Source: Nostoc sp. PCC 7120 = FACHB-418 (GTDB taxonomy: Bacteria > Cyanobacteriota > Cyanobacteriia > Cyanobacteriales > Nostocaceae). From it: 32,000 nucleotides of DNA. The position numbers and the translations under genes were made by a program. The stretch is from positions 2,520,001 through 2,552,000 of the forward strand of contig NC_003272.1 of assembly GCF_000009705.1 (NCBI RefSeq), given 5' to 3'. The notes beneath the pieces are model-generated. The model worked only from the letters and a program-made list of their open reading frames with translations. It did no database searches and was not told the DNA's origin. Positions 1 through 8,423 of this stretch are shown here, in pieces; position 1 is the first letter of the stretch, and every line of letters begins with the position of its first letter.

Positions 1-110
1 AAAATATATAAATTTTACATTTTGTACATTTATTCTATCAAAGAGGTAATTGAGAAACAAAATGAATTCAGCCATGAGGACATCGCCCACAGGCTGAACA
101 CATTGAGTAA

Positions 111-1289
111 TCATCCTCGTAGATACTTGCAAGCAGCGTAAGCCATAGTTACTACTCCTGTGACGATCGCAGATTCATCGACTTCAAATTCAGGGTGATG
201 TAAGGGATGATTGATAATTCGCTCAGGGTAGCCTACACCTAAGCGAAACATTGAACCAGGGATGTGTTCTAAGTACACAGAAAAATCTTCTGCACCCAAA
301 GAAGGTTCGGGTAATACCTGGACGCGATCGCTTGTCCAAGCTTCTTCTCCTGCTGATTGAAACAACTGGGTAAGAGCATAATCATTGTAGACACCGGGGA
401 CACCTTGGCGATAATTAACTTGATAACGCGCCCCGTAAGAATGACAGACATTGGCAACGATTCTTTCAATCCAGTTGGGGAGTTGGGCGCGGGTTTCTGG
501 GTGGAGCGATCGCACTGTTCCCAACAACTGTACTTTATCAGCAATTACATTCGGCGCTCTCCCACCAGTAATTTTCCCAATGGTCAACACCACCGGACGT
601 AAGGGGTTCTGGGTACGGCTAATGGCTTGTTGCAAACTAGTAATCACCTGGGAAGCGATCCAAATGGCATCAATCGCCTCATGGGGACGCGCACCATGTC
701 CAGATTCACCAATAATCAAAATCTCTAAATCATCCGCCGCCGCCGTTAAAGCCCCATAACGCACTCCAATCGAGCCAGCCGGAATCGAAGGGAAAACATG
801 AATACCTAAAATAGCGGAAACATCCTTGATTGCCCCATCTGCCACCATCCAGCTTGCACCTTGAGCAATTTCTTCCGCAGGCTGGAATAAAAACCGCACA
901 TTTCCACTCAATTCCTCTGTCATTTGGGACAGTACCATTGCCGCCCCTAAACCTACTGTAGTGTGGATATCATGACCACAAGCGTGCATTATGCCATCCG
1001 TCCGTGAGGCATATTCTAAACCAGTACGTTCTTGAATAGGCAAGGCATCCATATCGGTGCGAATTGCCAAGAAACTATGATTTTCCTCAGTAACTTGTAA
1101 TTCACCAACTACACCAGTTTTACCAACACCTTCTTGTACACGCAGACCACTGGAAGATAAGACACCAGCCACAAAGGCAGCAGTTTGATATTCTTGACCA
1201 CTAAGTTCGGGATGAGAGTGGATGTGACGGCGAATTTCAATGAGGCGAGGCGCTAGTTTTGTGGCTAAGTCTTTAATAAGGGTGAGCAT
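111..1289 (-). CDS. M20D-family amidohydrolase (N-acyl-L-amino-acid amidohydrolase / hippurate-hydrolase-like metallopeptidase)
   Basis: ORF track 111..1436(-). The body carries M20D-like motifs: RRHIHSHPELSGQE, MHACGHD, FQPAEE, GESGHGARPHE. I moved the start to the ATG at 1287-1289 (MLTLIKDL...) because the 49 upstream codons are a read-through of heptamer repeats. Confidence 0.85.
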   Translation of the reverse strand: MLTLIKDLATKLAPRLIEIRRHIHSHPELSGQEYQTAAFVAGVLSSSGLRVQEGVGKTGVVGELQVTEENHSFLAIRTDMDALPIQERTGLEYASRTDGIMHACGHDIHTTVGLGAAMVLSQMTEELSGNVRFLFQPAEEIAQGASWMVADGAIKDVSAILGIHVFPSIPAGSIGVRYGALTAAADDLEILIIGESGHGARPHEAIDAIWIASQVITSLQQAISRTQNPLRPVVLTIGKITGGRAPNVIADKVQLLGTVRSLHPETRAQLPNWIERIVANVCHSYGARYQVNYRQGVPGVYNDYALTQLFQSAGEEAWTSDRVQVLPEPSLGAEDFSVYLEHIPGSMFRLGVGYPERIINHPLHHPEFEVDESAIVTGVVTMAYAACKYLRG

Positions 1290-1329
1290 TGCTTGATTTT
1301 CGTTGACAGGCTTTGTTCCATGATAGTTA

Positions 1330-1359
1330 GGGATTGGGGATTGGGGATTGGGGACTGGG
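1330..1359. repeat. STRR heptamer array: GGGATTG x3 plus GGGACTG (CCCCAAT on the minus strand, STRR1-type)
   Basis: Direct reading of 1330-1357 gives four 7-nt units. CCCCAAT is a classical short tandemly repeated repetitive (STRR) unit of heterocystous cyanobacteria. Confidence 0.85.
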
Positions 1360-1366
1360 CATTTCT

Positions 1367-1429
1367 CCCCCTGCCCCCTGCTTCTTATCTCTCTCCCTTG
1401 CTCCCTGCTCCCTGCCCCCCTGCTTCTTG
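1367..1429. repeat. C/T-rich heptamer blocks (CCCCCTG x2, CTCCCTG x2) with a duplicated CCCCCTGCTTCTT
   Basis: Direct reading: CCCCCTG at 1367 and 1374, CTCCCTG at 1401 and 1408, and CCCCCTGCTTCTT present twice. The blocks lie in the 5-prime leader of the M20 gene. Confidence 0.7.
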
Positions 1430-1462
1430 CGACCACCAGACGGGTTTTTTGTTTGAGTGATT

Positions 1463-2056
1463 TTATGGATTGAGGATGAAAGCCAAATCTAAGATAAACC
1501 CAGGTAATATATCTTCGCCGGAAAGTTGGGGCGGTTGGTCAGCCGAAAAATTGATCGTTTCTACCTCAGCATCAGAGCGATAAATTTCTACTAAGGGTGT
1601 TTTTGGGTCAATGAGAAAACCCAAACGAGCGCCATTATCCCGATACTCCTGCATTTTGGCACGCAATTTCTTTAAAGAGTCAGTTTCCGATCGCAGTTCA
1701 ATCACAAAATCGGGACATAGTGGCGGAAAGCGTCGCCTTTGTTCACTTGTCAATGCTTCCCAGCGTTCTAGTTTCACCCAAGCCGCATCAGGGGAACGAA
1801 AAGCACCATTTGGTAAGCGAAATTCTGTTGATGAATCAAATACTTTACCGAGTTTGGCTTGTCGATTCCATAAGTTTAAATCTGTTGTTAAATTAGCGTT
1901 TCTAATGCCGCTTTCGCCGCCTGTTGGGGGCATAATGATTAATTCTCCTTCTGCCGTCAATTCAATTCGCCATTCGTCATTGGCTATGCACAGTTGATAA
2001 AACTGCTCATCCGTTAAACCTACGGCTGGTGGTACGTTGAGGGTGAGAGTTTCCAT
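1463..2056 (-). CDS. Uma2-family (DUF820) PD-(D/E)XK-like endonuclease
   Basis: 197-aa ORF with the typical Uma2 layout: EGELIIMPPTGGESG, RSPDAAWV, CPDFVIELRSETDS, MQEYRDNGARLGFLIDP. Confidence 0.85.
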   Translation of the reverse strand: METLTLNVPPAVGLTDEQFYQLCIANDEWRIELTAEGELIIMPPTGGESGIRNANLTTDLNLWNRQAKLGKVFDSSTEFRLPNGAFRSPDAAWVKLERWEALTSEQRRRFPPLCPDFVIELRSETDSLKKLRAKMQEYRDNGARLGFLIDPKTPLVEIYRSDAEVETINFSADQPPQLSGEDILPGFILDLAFILNP

Positions 2057-2090
2057 AGGTAATTTGCCAATCGGGTTTATTTTATTATGA

Positions 2091-2098
2091 GCGATCGC
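2091..2098. repeat. HIP1 octamer GCGATCGC (one example of many)
   Basis: Exact copies verified at 324, 506, 2091, 2440, 3483, 4101, 4658 and 7538. More were seen by eye through the rest of the window, at least 20 in total. About 0.5 is expected by chance for a palindromic 8-mer in 32 kb. Confidence 0.9.
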
Positions 2099-2288
2099 CT
2101 ACGGTGGGTCACGGTTTATGGATCATTGAGGCAGCTAACTTAATTGTTTCCCTTCTTGTAATATCTACCAACAGATAGGTGGCATACATGAAGCTAGCGA
2201 ATATCAAGTTAAGTATGAGTACTAACTAGAGTACATAAGTACTTTGCGTAAGTCCTACAGAGTAAACCAAACATACATCCAGGATTTG

Positions 2289-3878
2289 ATGAAAGCACTA
2301 TTGCTCTATCCTCGGTTCCCTCAGTCTTTTTGGTCGTATGACCGCTTTATAGAAATTGCTGGACTCAAAGCTCTCTTGCCCCCATTGGGGATTATTACAG
2401 TTGCAGCACTGCTACCAAAGGACTGGGAAATTAAATTTTGCGATCGCAACGTCAATCTGGAAACAGAAGCGGATTGGGAGTGGTGTGACCTCGTTATCCT
2501 TTCGGCAATGCTAGTGCAGAAACCAGATTTTCATGCCCTAATTCAAAAAGCAGTGCGCTTAGGTAAAAAAGTAGCAGTTGGTGGCCCTTACCCAACATCA
2601 ATCCCCCAAGATGCCTTGAACTCTGGAGCGCATTATTTAATTCTGGATGAGGGGGAATTGACAATTCCCCAGTTTCTGGAAGCCCTCAACCAAGGTCAAG
2701 AACAAGGAATCTTTCGCTCCCCGGAAAAACCTGATGTTAGCCAAAGCCCGATGCCCCGTTTTGACTTGCTACAACGGGATGCTTACTTGATGATGGCTAT
2801 TCAGTTTTCTCGCGGTTGCCCCTTCAATTGCGAGTTTTGCGATATTATTACACTCTACGGTCGCAAACCACGTACAAAAGAGCCTCAGCAAACCATAGCT
2901 GAGTTACAGACTCTTTATGATTTAGGCTGGCGAGGGTCACTGTTCATAGTTGATGACAACTTTATTGGCAATCAGCGTAACGTCAAACGCCTCCTGCAAG
3001 AGTTAATTCCTTGGATGAAGCAGCATAATTATCCCTTCACCTTCATCACAGAAGCTTCTGTGAACTTAGCCGAAGATGAAGAAATGTTGCAATTAATGAA
3101 TGAAGCAGGTTTTTATGCAGTTTTTCTTGGCATAGAAACTCCTGACCAAGACAGTTTGCAAGTCACACAAAAACTGCAAAATACTCGCAATCCACTTGTG
3201 GAAGCCTGTCGCAAGATCAATGAAGCCGGAATGCTGATTTATGCAGGGTTTATCCTTGGTTTTGATGGAGAACGCCCAGGAGCAGGAGAACGAATCCAAG
3301 CTTTTGTAGAACAAACCAATATTCCTCAACCGATGTTGGGTATCCTTCAAGCTTTGCCCAATACTGCTTTGTGGACTCGTCTACAAAAAGAGCAGCGTTT
3401 ATTAGAGAATCAGGGTATTGGTGGTACTGAAGTGGGAGACCAAAATACCTTAATGAATTTTATTCCCACCCGTTCCATCGATGCGATCGCTAGAGAGTAT
3501 GTAGACGGCTTGTGGACATTATACGAACCCAGCAACTATCTCCGGCGATGTTTTCAGCAATGTCTGAGTATTGGCGTGTCTTCAAAGCGAAAGCAAACAA
3601 TGCAATTTTCTCCGGGTCAGGGATTGCGGCTCGTTGCTCAATTAATCTGGCATCAGGGCTTACGACGACCGGAAATTCGCTGGCAGTTTTGGCAACAACT
3701 CTGGACGATTCTGGTGAAAAAGCCTCAAGTTCTCAATATGTATTTAGGTCTATGCGCTGCGGGAGAACATTTTTGGGAATACCGCACTTTAGCGAGGGAA
3801 CGGATTACTCAACAATTAGGCTACGACCCACTCAAAGTCTCTGTTTTACCTAAGCCAGAACTGATGCTGACCAAATAG
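2289..3878 (+). CDS. B12-binding-domain radical SAM protein (class B; DUF4070-type C-terminal extension)
   Basis: The N-terminal third is cobalamin-binding-like (LLPPLGIITVAALLP..., VAVGGPYPT). The radical SAM motif CPFNCEFC lies at 2817-2840. A long helical C-terminal tail follows. I prefer the ATG at 2289 (MKALLLYPRFP) over the TTG at 2244, which sits inside a dispersed repeat motif. Confidence 0.85.
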   Translation: MKALLLYPRFPQSFWSYDRFIEIAGLKALLPPLGIITVAALLPKDWEIKFCDRNVNLETEADWEWCDLVILSAMLVQKPDFHALIQKAVRLGKKVAVGGPYPTSIPQDALNSGAHYLILDEGELTIPQFLEALNQGQEQGIFRSPEKPDVSQSPMPRFDLLQRDAYLMMAIQFSRGCPFNCEFCDIITLYGRKPRTKEPQQTIAELQTLYDLGWRGSLFIVDDNFIGNQRNVKRLLQELIPWMKQHNYPFTFITEASVNLAEDEEMLQLMNEAGFYAVFLGIETPDQDSLQVTQKLQNTRNPLVEACRKINEAGMLIYAGFILGFDGERPGAGERIQAFVEQTNIPQPMLGILQALPNTALWTRLQKEQRLLENQGIGGTEVGDQNTLMNFIPTRSIDAIAREYVDGLWTLYEPSNYLRRCFQQCLSIGVSSKRKQTMQFSPGQGLRLVAQLIWHQGLRRPEIRWQFWQQLWTILVKKPQVLNMYLGLCAAGEHFWEYRTLARERITQQLGYDPLKVSVLPKPELMLTK

Positions 3879-3969
3879 AGTTGATTGGTTCTAGTGGTTC
3901 ACCAACTCAAAATTGCCGTCTTTGGGTTTCTTCGGCAGAACGTAGCCACTTGAGTGTTAATTATTAACG

Positions 3970-4070
3970 TAAGTTGCTAGTTATTACATCATGGATTGAT
4001 GATGAGTAATAGCTAGGCATTTTGCTCAGTTACCAAATCCAGAGGCTATATCTACATAACTAGCAACTTA
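3970..4070. repeat. 15-bp perfect inverted repeat (TAAGTTGCTAGTTAT / ATAACTAGCAACTTA) enclosing a smaller hairpin (CATCAT-GGATTG-ATGATG)
   Basis: The arms at 3970-3984 and 4056-4070 were verified base by base. The repeat lies between the convergent radical SAM and azoR genes. Its role is unknown; a terminator-like or MITE-like function is possible. Confidence 0.6.
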
Positions 4071-4078
4071 GGTTATCG

Positions 4079-4702
4079 CTACCAGTTAGCTACAGCTTGA
4101 GCGATCGCATCTTTCGCACCTGCGAGAGATTTTTCACGAGCATCTTCGCCCATGTTCAAGGACTCAGCATGGATGAAGGTAACATCTGTTAGTCCCATGA
4201 ACCCTAAGATAGCACGGAGATAAGGTTCTTGATAGTCATAGGCTGCATAGGGTGTTCCTGGTGGATAACTACCACCACGGGATGTAATAATCAGTACTTT
4301 TTTGCTGCTATCAACTAAACCTTTATAGCCGTTTGCATCAACAGTAAAGGTTTTGCCTGCACGAACTATTTGGTCGATATACGCCTTGAAAGTCGAAGGT
4401 ATATTTAAGTTATACATCGGTACGCCAAAAACCAAGCGATCGGCGGCGAGAAATTCATCAATGAGGGTATCAGACAGCTCTATTGCTGTTTTTAGCTCAG
4501 GGGTGTGTGATTCTGGTGAAGAAAACGCCGCCGCAATCCAGGGTTCATCTACATGGGGAACAGGGTTGTGACCTAAATCCCGGTAAGTTACGGTATCACC
4601 AGGATGGGTATCTTTCCAAGATGTGATGAACTCGTAAGAGAGTTTACGGGATATAGAGCGATCGCCACGAGGGCTAGAATCAATATGGAGGATATTTGCC
4701 AT
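4079..4702 (-). CDS. azoR: FMN-dependent NADH-azoreductase
   Basis: MANILHIDSSPRGDRSISRKL is a flavodoxin-like N-terminus. FGVPMYNLNIPSTFKAYIDQIVRAGKTF matches the AzoR signature region. Length is 207 aa. Confidence 0.9.
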   Translation of the reverse strand: MANILHIDSSPRGDRSISRKLSYEFITSWKDTHPGDTVTYRDLGHNPVPHVDEPWIAAAFSSPESHTPELKTAIELSDTLIDEFLAADRLVFGVPMYNLNIPSTFKAYIDQIVRAGKTFTVDANGYKGLVDSSKKVLIITSRGGSYPPGTPYAAYDYQEPYLRAILGFMGLTDVTFIHAESLNMGEDAREKSLAGAKDAIAQAVANW

Positions 4703-4899
4703 AAATAAATTATTTACCGTTACGCAGAGAATAGTTGTCGGTACTGAGTGCTGAGTTAAAAGACTATTTACCAGGGAAATATCAACGGCGAGTCAATACA
4801 CTCTGACTCATTACTCACCACTCATCAACATATTTGTCAAGTTCAAAAATACTTGCTGAATCGACTTTAAACTATGTAAAGTTGATATGAAAAGTACGC

Positions 4900-4930
4900 A
4901 CTTAAAAGTAAGCTACTTACTTAAAAGTAA
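4900..4930. promoter_or_regulatory. Two 12-nt direct repeats ACTTAAAAGTAA (4900-4911, 4919-4930) around a GTAAG-CTA-CTTAC dyad; candidate operator
   Basis: Verified base by base. The site sits directly upstream of the HxlR-family gene ATG (4933) in the azoR-hxlR divergent region. Function is inferred only. Confidence 0.35.
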
Positions 4931-4932
4931 CT

Positions 4933-5265
4933 ATGAAAGCTGAAGCACAAAAAGATGAAAAGCTAACTTGTGAAGTGGAAACCACTTTGAAGGTAATTGG
5001 CGGACGCTGGAAGGTTTTAATTATCAGAGAATTGATGTTGGGTGTAAAACGATTTGGGGAATTGCAGCGAGCCTTACCCGGAATTACACAAAAGATGCTT
5101 ACCCAACAACTCCGGGAAATGGAAGACGACGGGATCATACATCGACAAGTTTATGCACAAATCCCCCCAAAGGTAGAATATTCTTTAACACCTGTGGGGG
5201 TAAGCTTACAGCCAATTCTCTATGCTATGCACGAATGGGGTGTAAAGCATTTAGCAAACAAATAA
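4933..5265 (+). CDS. HxlR-family winged-helix transcriptional regulator
   Basis: [52 protein letters not shown] is a textbook HxlR wHTH. The gene is divergent from azoR, which is a common pairing. Confidence 0.9.
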   Translation: MKAEAQKDEKLTCEVETTLKVIGGRWKVLIIRELMLGVKRFGELQRALPGITQKMLTQQLREMEDDGIIHRQVYAQIPPKVEYSLTPVGVSLQPILYAMHEWGVKHLANK

Positions 5266-5289
5266 TTACCAAAGCCGAATTTGTTTCAA

Positions 5290-5670
5290 TTAGTTACTTT
5301 GCAAATATTCAATTGCTGCTTCTAATTTAGAGGGGTAGCTTTCAGCAAATCTTTCAAACCAAAGTCCTTCTGGAGAAAAGGGGTCTAGTTTTTCTAACCA
5401 ATTTTGTGCTTGCTGTTTTAAAGCCTCTCGCTGTTTAGCTTTGATTTGTTCTTGTCGAAGTCTTTCTTGTTCTAGTTCTTGCTGTTTTCTCAGTTCCTCA
5501 GCCGCATCTTCAGCAGCAATATCTGCTTGAACCTCGGCCAAAAGATTATCCATCATGGATGATGACTTAGGTTCAGAAGGACTGAAGGATTTGAATATAT
5601 TTGGTTGTTGTGTTTGTCCGTTCTCGTATTCAGCTTTGATTTGAGATAACAGCTTGTCTAGAGCATCCAT
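5290..5670 (-). CDS. Hypothetical E/Q/K-rich coiled-coil protein (last gene of the vWA operon)
   Basis: 126-aa ORF whose ATG lies 2 nt after the stop of the upstream vWA gene. The central segment EELRKQQELEQERLRQEQIKAKQREALKQQAQ is heptad-like. I recognise no family. Confidence 0.6.
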   Translation of the reverse strand: MDALDKLLSQIKAEYENGQTQQPNIFKSFSPSEPKSSSMMDNLLAEVQADIAAEDAAEELRKQQELEQERLRQEQIKAKQREALKQQAQNWLEKLDPFSPEGLWFERFAESYPSKLEAAIEYLQSN

Positions 5671-5672
5671 AG

Positions 5673-6278
5673 CTAATCTGTAATAGCATTAAGTAGCACT
5701 TCAGAAAGACTCAAATCTTCCATATCTTCCATTGTAACGGTGTCACAGATATCAAATTTAGCACCAGCACCTTGCAACTCATCATCTAAGACCTTGAGGA
5801 AGCGGGTTGCTTGAGCATCTGAGCCGACTTGAATGAAGGAAATGGCTAATTCTTCATCTTTATCCATGCGGCGGGAGGCTTCGATGATGACCCTCATCAC
5901 GGCTTTGCGATCGTCTGGTTCACCATCAGTAACTACTAAAATTGTCTCACCATTGGGCTTAGTTTTGCCAGCACCTTTGCGTTGAAAGTAATCATCAGTT
6001 GCGTGTTTTAGCACAGCAGCTAAATCAGTCGTTCCAGATGGGTCATTTTCTTGGAAAATTTGATTAACTTTGGCAGAAGTTACATTTTCATAGCGCTTAA
6101 ACCTGCCAGAAAAAACATATAATGTAATGCCATCTGGATCAAATTGTTCGCATTTACTAGCTAACGCCAAGGTAGATTCTTGTGCCGTTACCCATCTATT
6201 CCTACCACCTTTTTGATCAGGGGTAGCCATACTACCACTTTTATCGATAATGAGAGTGTAATCACGATTTTCTAGCAT
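5673..6278 (-). CDS. Cytoplasmic vWA (MIDAS) domain protein, paralog 3 of 3 in operon order
   Basis: DKSGSM (DxSxS), GTTDL and VTDGEPDD form the MIDAS set. It shares the tail GAKFDICDTVT...AITD with its neighbours. The track start at 6281 is a TTG. The ATG at 6276-6278 sits 8 nt after a GGGAGGA Shine-Dalgarno-like motif. Confidence 0.85.
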   Translation of the reverse strand: MLENRDYTLIIDKSGSMATPDQKGGRNRWVTAQESTLALASKCEQFDPDGITLYVFSGRFKRYENVTSAKVNQIFQENDPSGTTDLAAVLKHATDDYFQRKGAGKTKPNGETILVVTDGEPDDRKAVMRVIIEASRRMDKDEELAISFIQVGSDAQATRFLKVLDDELQGAGAKFDICDTVTMEDMEDLSLSEVLLNAITD

Positions 6279-6319
6279 CAATAAATCCTCCCGTTGCTAA
6301 CAAAAATAATTGAAATCAA

Positions 6320-6928
6320 CTAGTCAGTGATTGCCTTCATTAGCACATCTGATAAATTAGTTATTTCTAATTCATCCAAAGTGATGGTGTCACAAATATC
6401 AAACTTAGCACCAACACTTTGCAGGTGATCATCCAAAGCTTTAAGAAACTTAGTCGCGTGGGAATCCGAACCTACTTGAATAATGGAAATTCTCAATTCA
6501 TTAGCACTTTCCACAAGATGAGTCGCTTTAATTATGACTTCACATACAGCTTGACTATCAACTGGTGCGCCATCTGTAATCACTAAGATGACTTCTCCTG
6601 CGGGCTTTGTTTTACCCAGAGATTTGCGTTGAAAGTAACTATTGATGGCATCCTGAAGTACGCCAACTAGATTTGTGGTTTCGCTGGGGGAATTTTCTGC
6701 AAATAACTGTTTAACTTTGGCCGAATTTACATAATCGTAACGCTGAAAAGTTTTAGAAAATAAATAGACAGTAATACCATCAGAATCGAACTCCTCACAT
6801 TTACGAGCTAAAGCAAAAGTCGATTCCTGTATGGCTTGCCATTTGCTATTTTCACTATTGCCATCTGGCTTGGCCATGCTGGCACTGTGGTCGATAACTA
6901 GGGTGTAATCACGATTTTCTAACATCAT
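6320..6928 (-). CDS. Cytoplasmic vWA (MIDAS) domain protein, paralog 2 of 3
   Basis: DHSASM, ETTNL and ITDGAPVD motifs. The start was chosen at the MMLENRDY methionine (6926-6928) by homology with paralog 3. The track ORF extends to 6940. Confidence 0.8.
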   Translation of the reverse strand: MMLENRDYTLVIDHSASMAKPDGNSENSKWQAIQESTFALARKCEEFDSDGITVYLFSKTFQRYDYVNSAKVKQLFAENSPSETTNLVGVLQDAINSYFQRKSLGKTKPAGEVILVITDGAPVDSQAVCEVIIKATHLVESANELRISIIQVGSDSHATKFLKALDDHLQSVGAKFDICDTITLDELEITNLSDVLMKAITD

Positions 6929-6946
6929 ATTCAGTTGCATGAATAA

Positions 6947-7552
6947 CTAATCAGTAATTGCATTCATTAACACATCTGCAAGACTCATGTCTTCTAAATC
7001 TTCCAGGGTGATGGTATCGCAAATATCGAATTTAGCACCAACGCTTTGTAATTGATCATCTAAAGCTTTGAGAAACTTAGTAGCTTGAGCATCTGAACCA
7101 ACTTGAATCATGGAGATACCCAATTCCTCGTCGCGTTCCATCTGGCGGGTAGCATGAATGATGGTTTCAAATACGGCTTTGCGGTCGTCTGGTTCGCCAT
7201 CAGTAATTACTAAAATTGTTTCGCCATTGGGTTTAGTTTTACCCGCAGCTTTGCGTTGAAAGTAGTTATTCAAGGCATCTTGCAGTACGCCTGCTAAGTT
7301 CGTTGTTCCGGCTGGGTCATTTTCTAAAAATATCTGGGCGACCTTAGCTGAGGTAACATCGTCGTAACGTTTAAATTTGCCAGAAAATAGATAAACAGTA
7401 ATGCCATCTGGGTCAAACTGTTCGCACTTCCTGGCTAAAGCTAGGGTTGACTCTTGGGCTATCTCCCATCTGCTTCTACCACCAGCTTGATCGGGGGTAG
7501 ACATACTACCACTTTTGTCGATGATTAGTGTGTAGTCGCGATCGCTCATCAT
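6947..7552 (-). CDS. Cytoplasmic vWA (MIDAS) domain protein, paralog 1 of 3 (operon-first)
   Basis: DKSGSM, GTTNL and ITDGEPDD motifs. There is no signal peptide. The protein is collinear with the other two over its full length. Confidence 0.85.
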   Translation of the reverse strand: MMSDRDYTLIIDKSGSMSTPDQAGGRSRWEIAQESTLALARKCEQFDPDGITVYLFSGKFKRYDDVTSAKVAQIFLENDPAGTTNLAGVLQDALNNYFQRKAAGKTKPNGETILVITDGEPDDRKAVFETIIHATRQMERDEELGISMIQVGSDAQATKFLKALDDQLQSVGAKFDICDTITLEDLEDMSLADVLMNAITD

Positions 7553-7741
7553 AGTATTCCTTAAATTATTACCCTGCCGTTCTAGTCTAGTTCACACATC
7601 TCTGGTATAGGCAAAGACTTTAAGCTTTTGTATCAATCCTTGTGATCTTTTCATCTCTGGTGATGAAACTTGTGTTCAGAGAACTGCCTGAGTAGTCTGT
7701 CAATTAAAGTGAAGTAAGAAGTCTGAATATCAGGAGTAGTC

Positions 7742-8419
7742 ATGTACGTACTGATTGGTGGAGCCGGCTTAGTGGGGTTAACCCTGGCGCAAAAACTGGT
7801 GGAACTGGGGCATACTGTTGCCATAATTGATGTTGACCATACCGCTTGCCGTTACGCTCGTGAACAAGTAGGAGCAATGGCGTTTGAAGGTAGTGCGGTG
7901 AGTACAGAAGTATTGTTAGAAGCGGGAATCCGTAAAGCTGATGCTTTGGCGGCTGTTCTCAGAAATGATGCTTTAAATTTAGCCATGGTAATGCTGGCTA
8001 AACACTACGGTGTTTCCCATATTCTGTCACGGATGCGCCATGCCGATTTTGCTCAACCATTGCGTCTGGCAGGCGCTAATCATGTTATTAGTACTGTTGA
8101 ACTGTCAGTTTCCACGATGGTGAATGCGATCGAGTATCCACAAGTAGAATCAATGATGCACTTTGAGCAAGGACAGATTGAGGTTTTAAAAATTTCTATT
8201 CCCAACAGTTGTTATGTAGCCAATCGTAGCCTAGCTGAAATTGCTCAAGATTCTCGCTTTCCCTCAGGTTCCCTCATTATTGGCTACCAACCCCACCCCC
8301 ACGAAGATTTGGTAATTCCTAATGGTAGTACTGTACTAGAATCGGGTTCAACTATATTAATTGCAACCAAACCAGGTTCTCTGCATCAAGTGATTGACTT
8401 TATCGAAGGATGTAAATAG
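7742..8419 (+). CDS. TrkA/KtrA-family RCK protein (NAD-binding TrkA-N plus TrkA-C)
   Basis: The Rossmann motif IGGAGLVGLTLAQKL is followed by IIDVD. The C-terminal half has TrkA-C-like beta-rich sequence. An AGGAG motif lies 6 nt upstream of the ATG. Confidence 0.85.
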   Translation: MYVLIGGAGLVGLTLAQKLVELGHTVAIIDVDHTACRYAREQVGAMAFEGSAVSTEVLLEAGIRKADALAAVLRNDALNLAMVMLAKHYGVSHILSRMRHADFAQPLRLAGANHVISTVELSVSTMVNAIEYPQVESMMHFEQGQIEVLKISIPNSCYVANRSLAEIAQDSRFPSGSLIIGYQPHPHEDLVIPNGSTVLESGSTILIATKPGSLHQVIDFIEGCK

Positions 8420-8423
8420 TTTG

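Noticed and set aside
1290-1436. N-terminal 49 codons of the track ORF 111..1436 (MVARSRGAGSREQGREIRS...)
   Set aside because: This is low-complexity translation of heptamer repeats. The conserved M20 sequence begins at the internal ATG at 1289.
2244-2288. TTG start for the B12-radical SAM gene
   Set aside because: The TTG lies inside the dispersed TGCGTAAGTCCTA motif. The ATG at 2289 gives a typical MKALLLYP N-terminus.
8394-8423. TTG start of the lipoprotein ORF overlapping the end of the trkA-like gene
   Set aside because: The ATG at 8424 starts directly at the signal peptide and lipobox and avoids the overlap.
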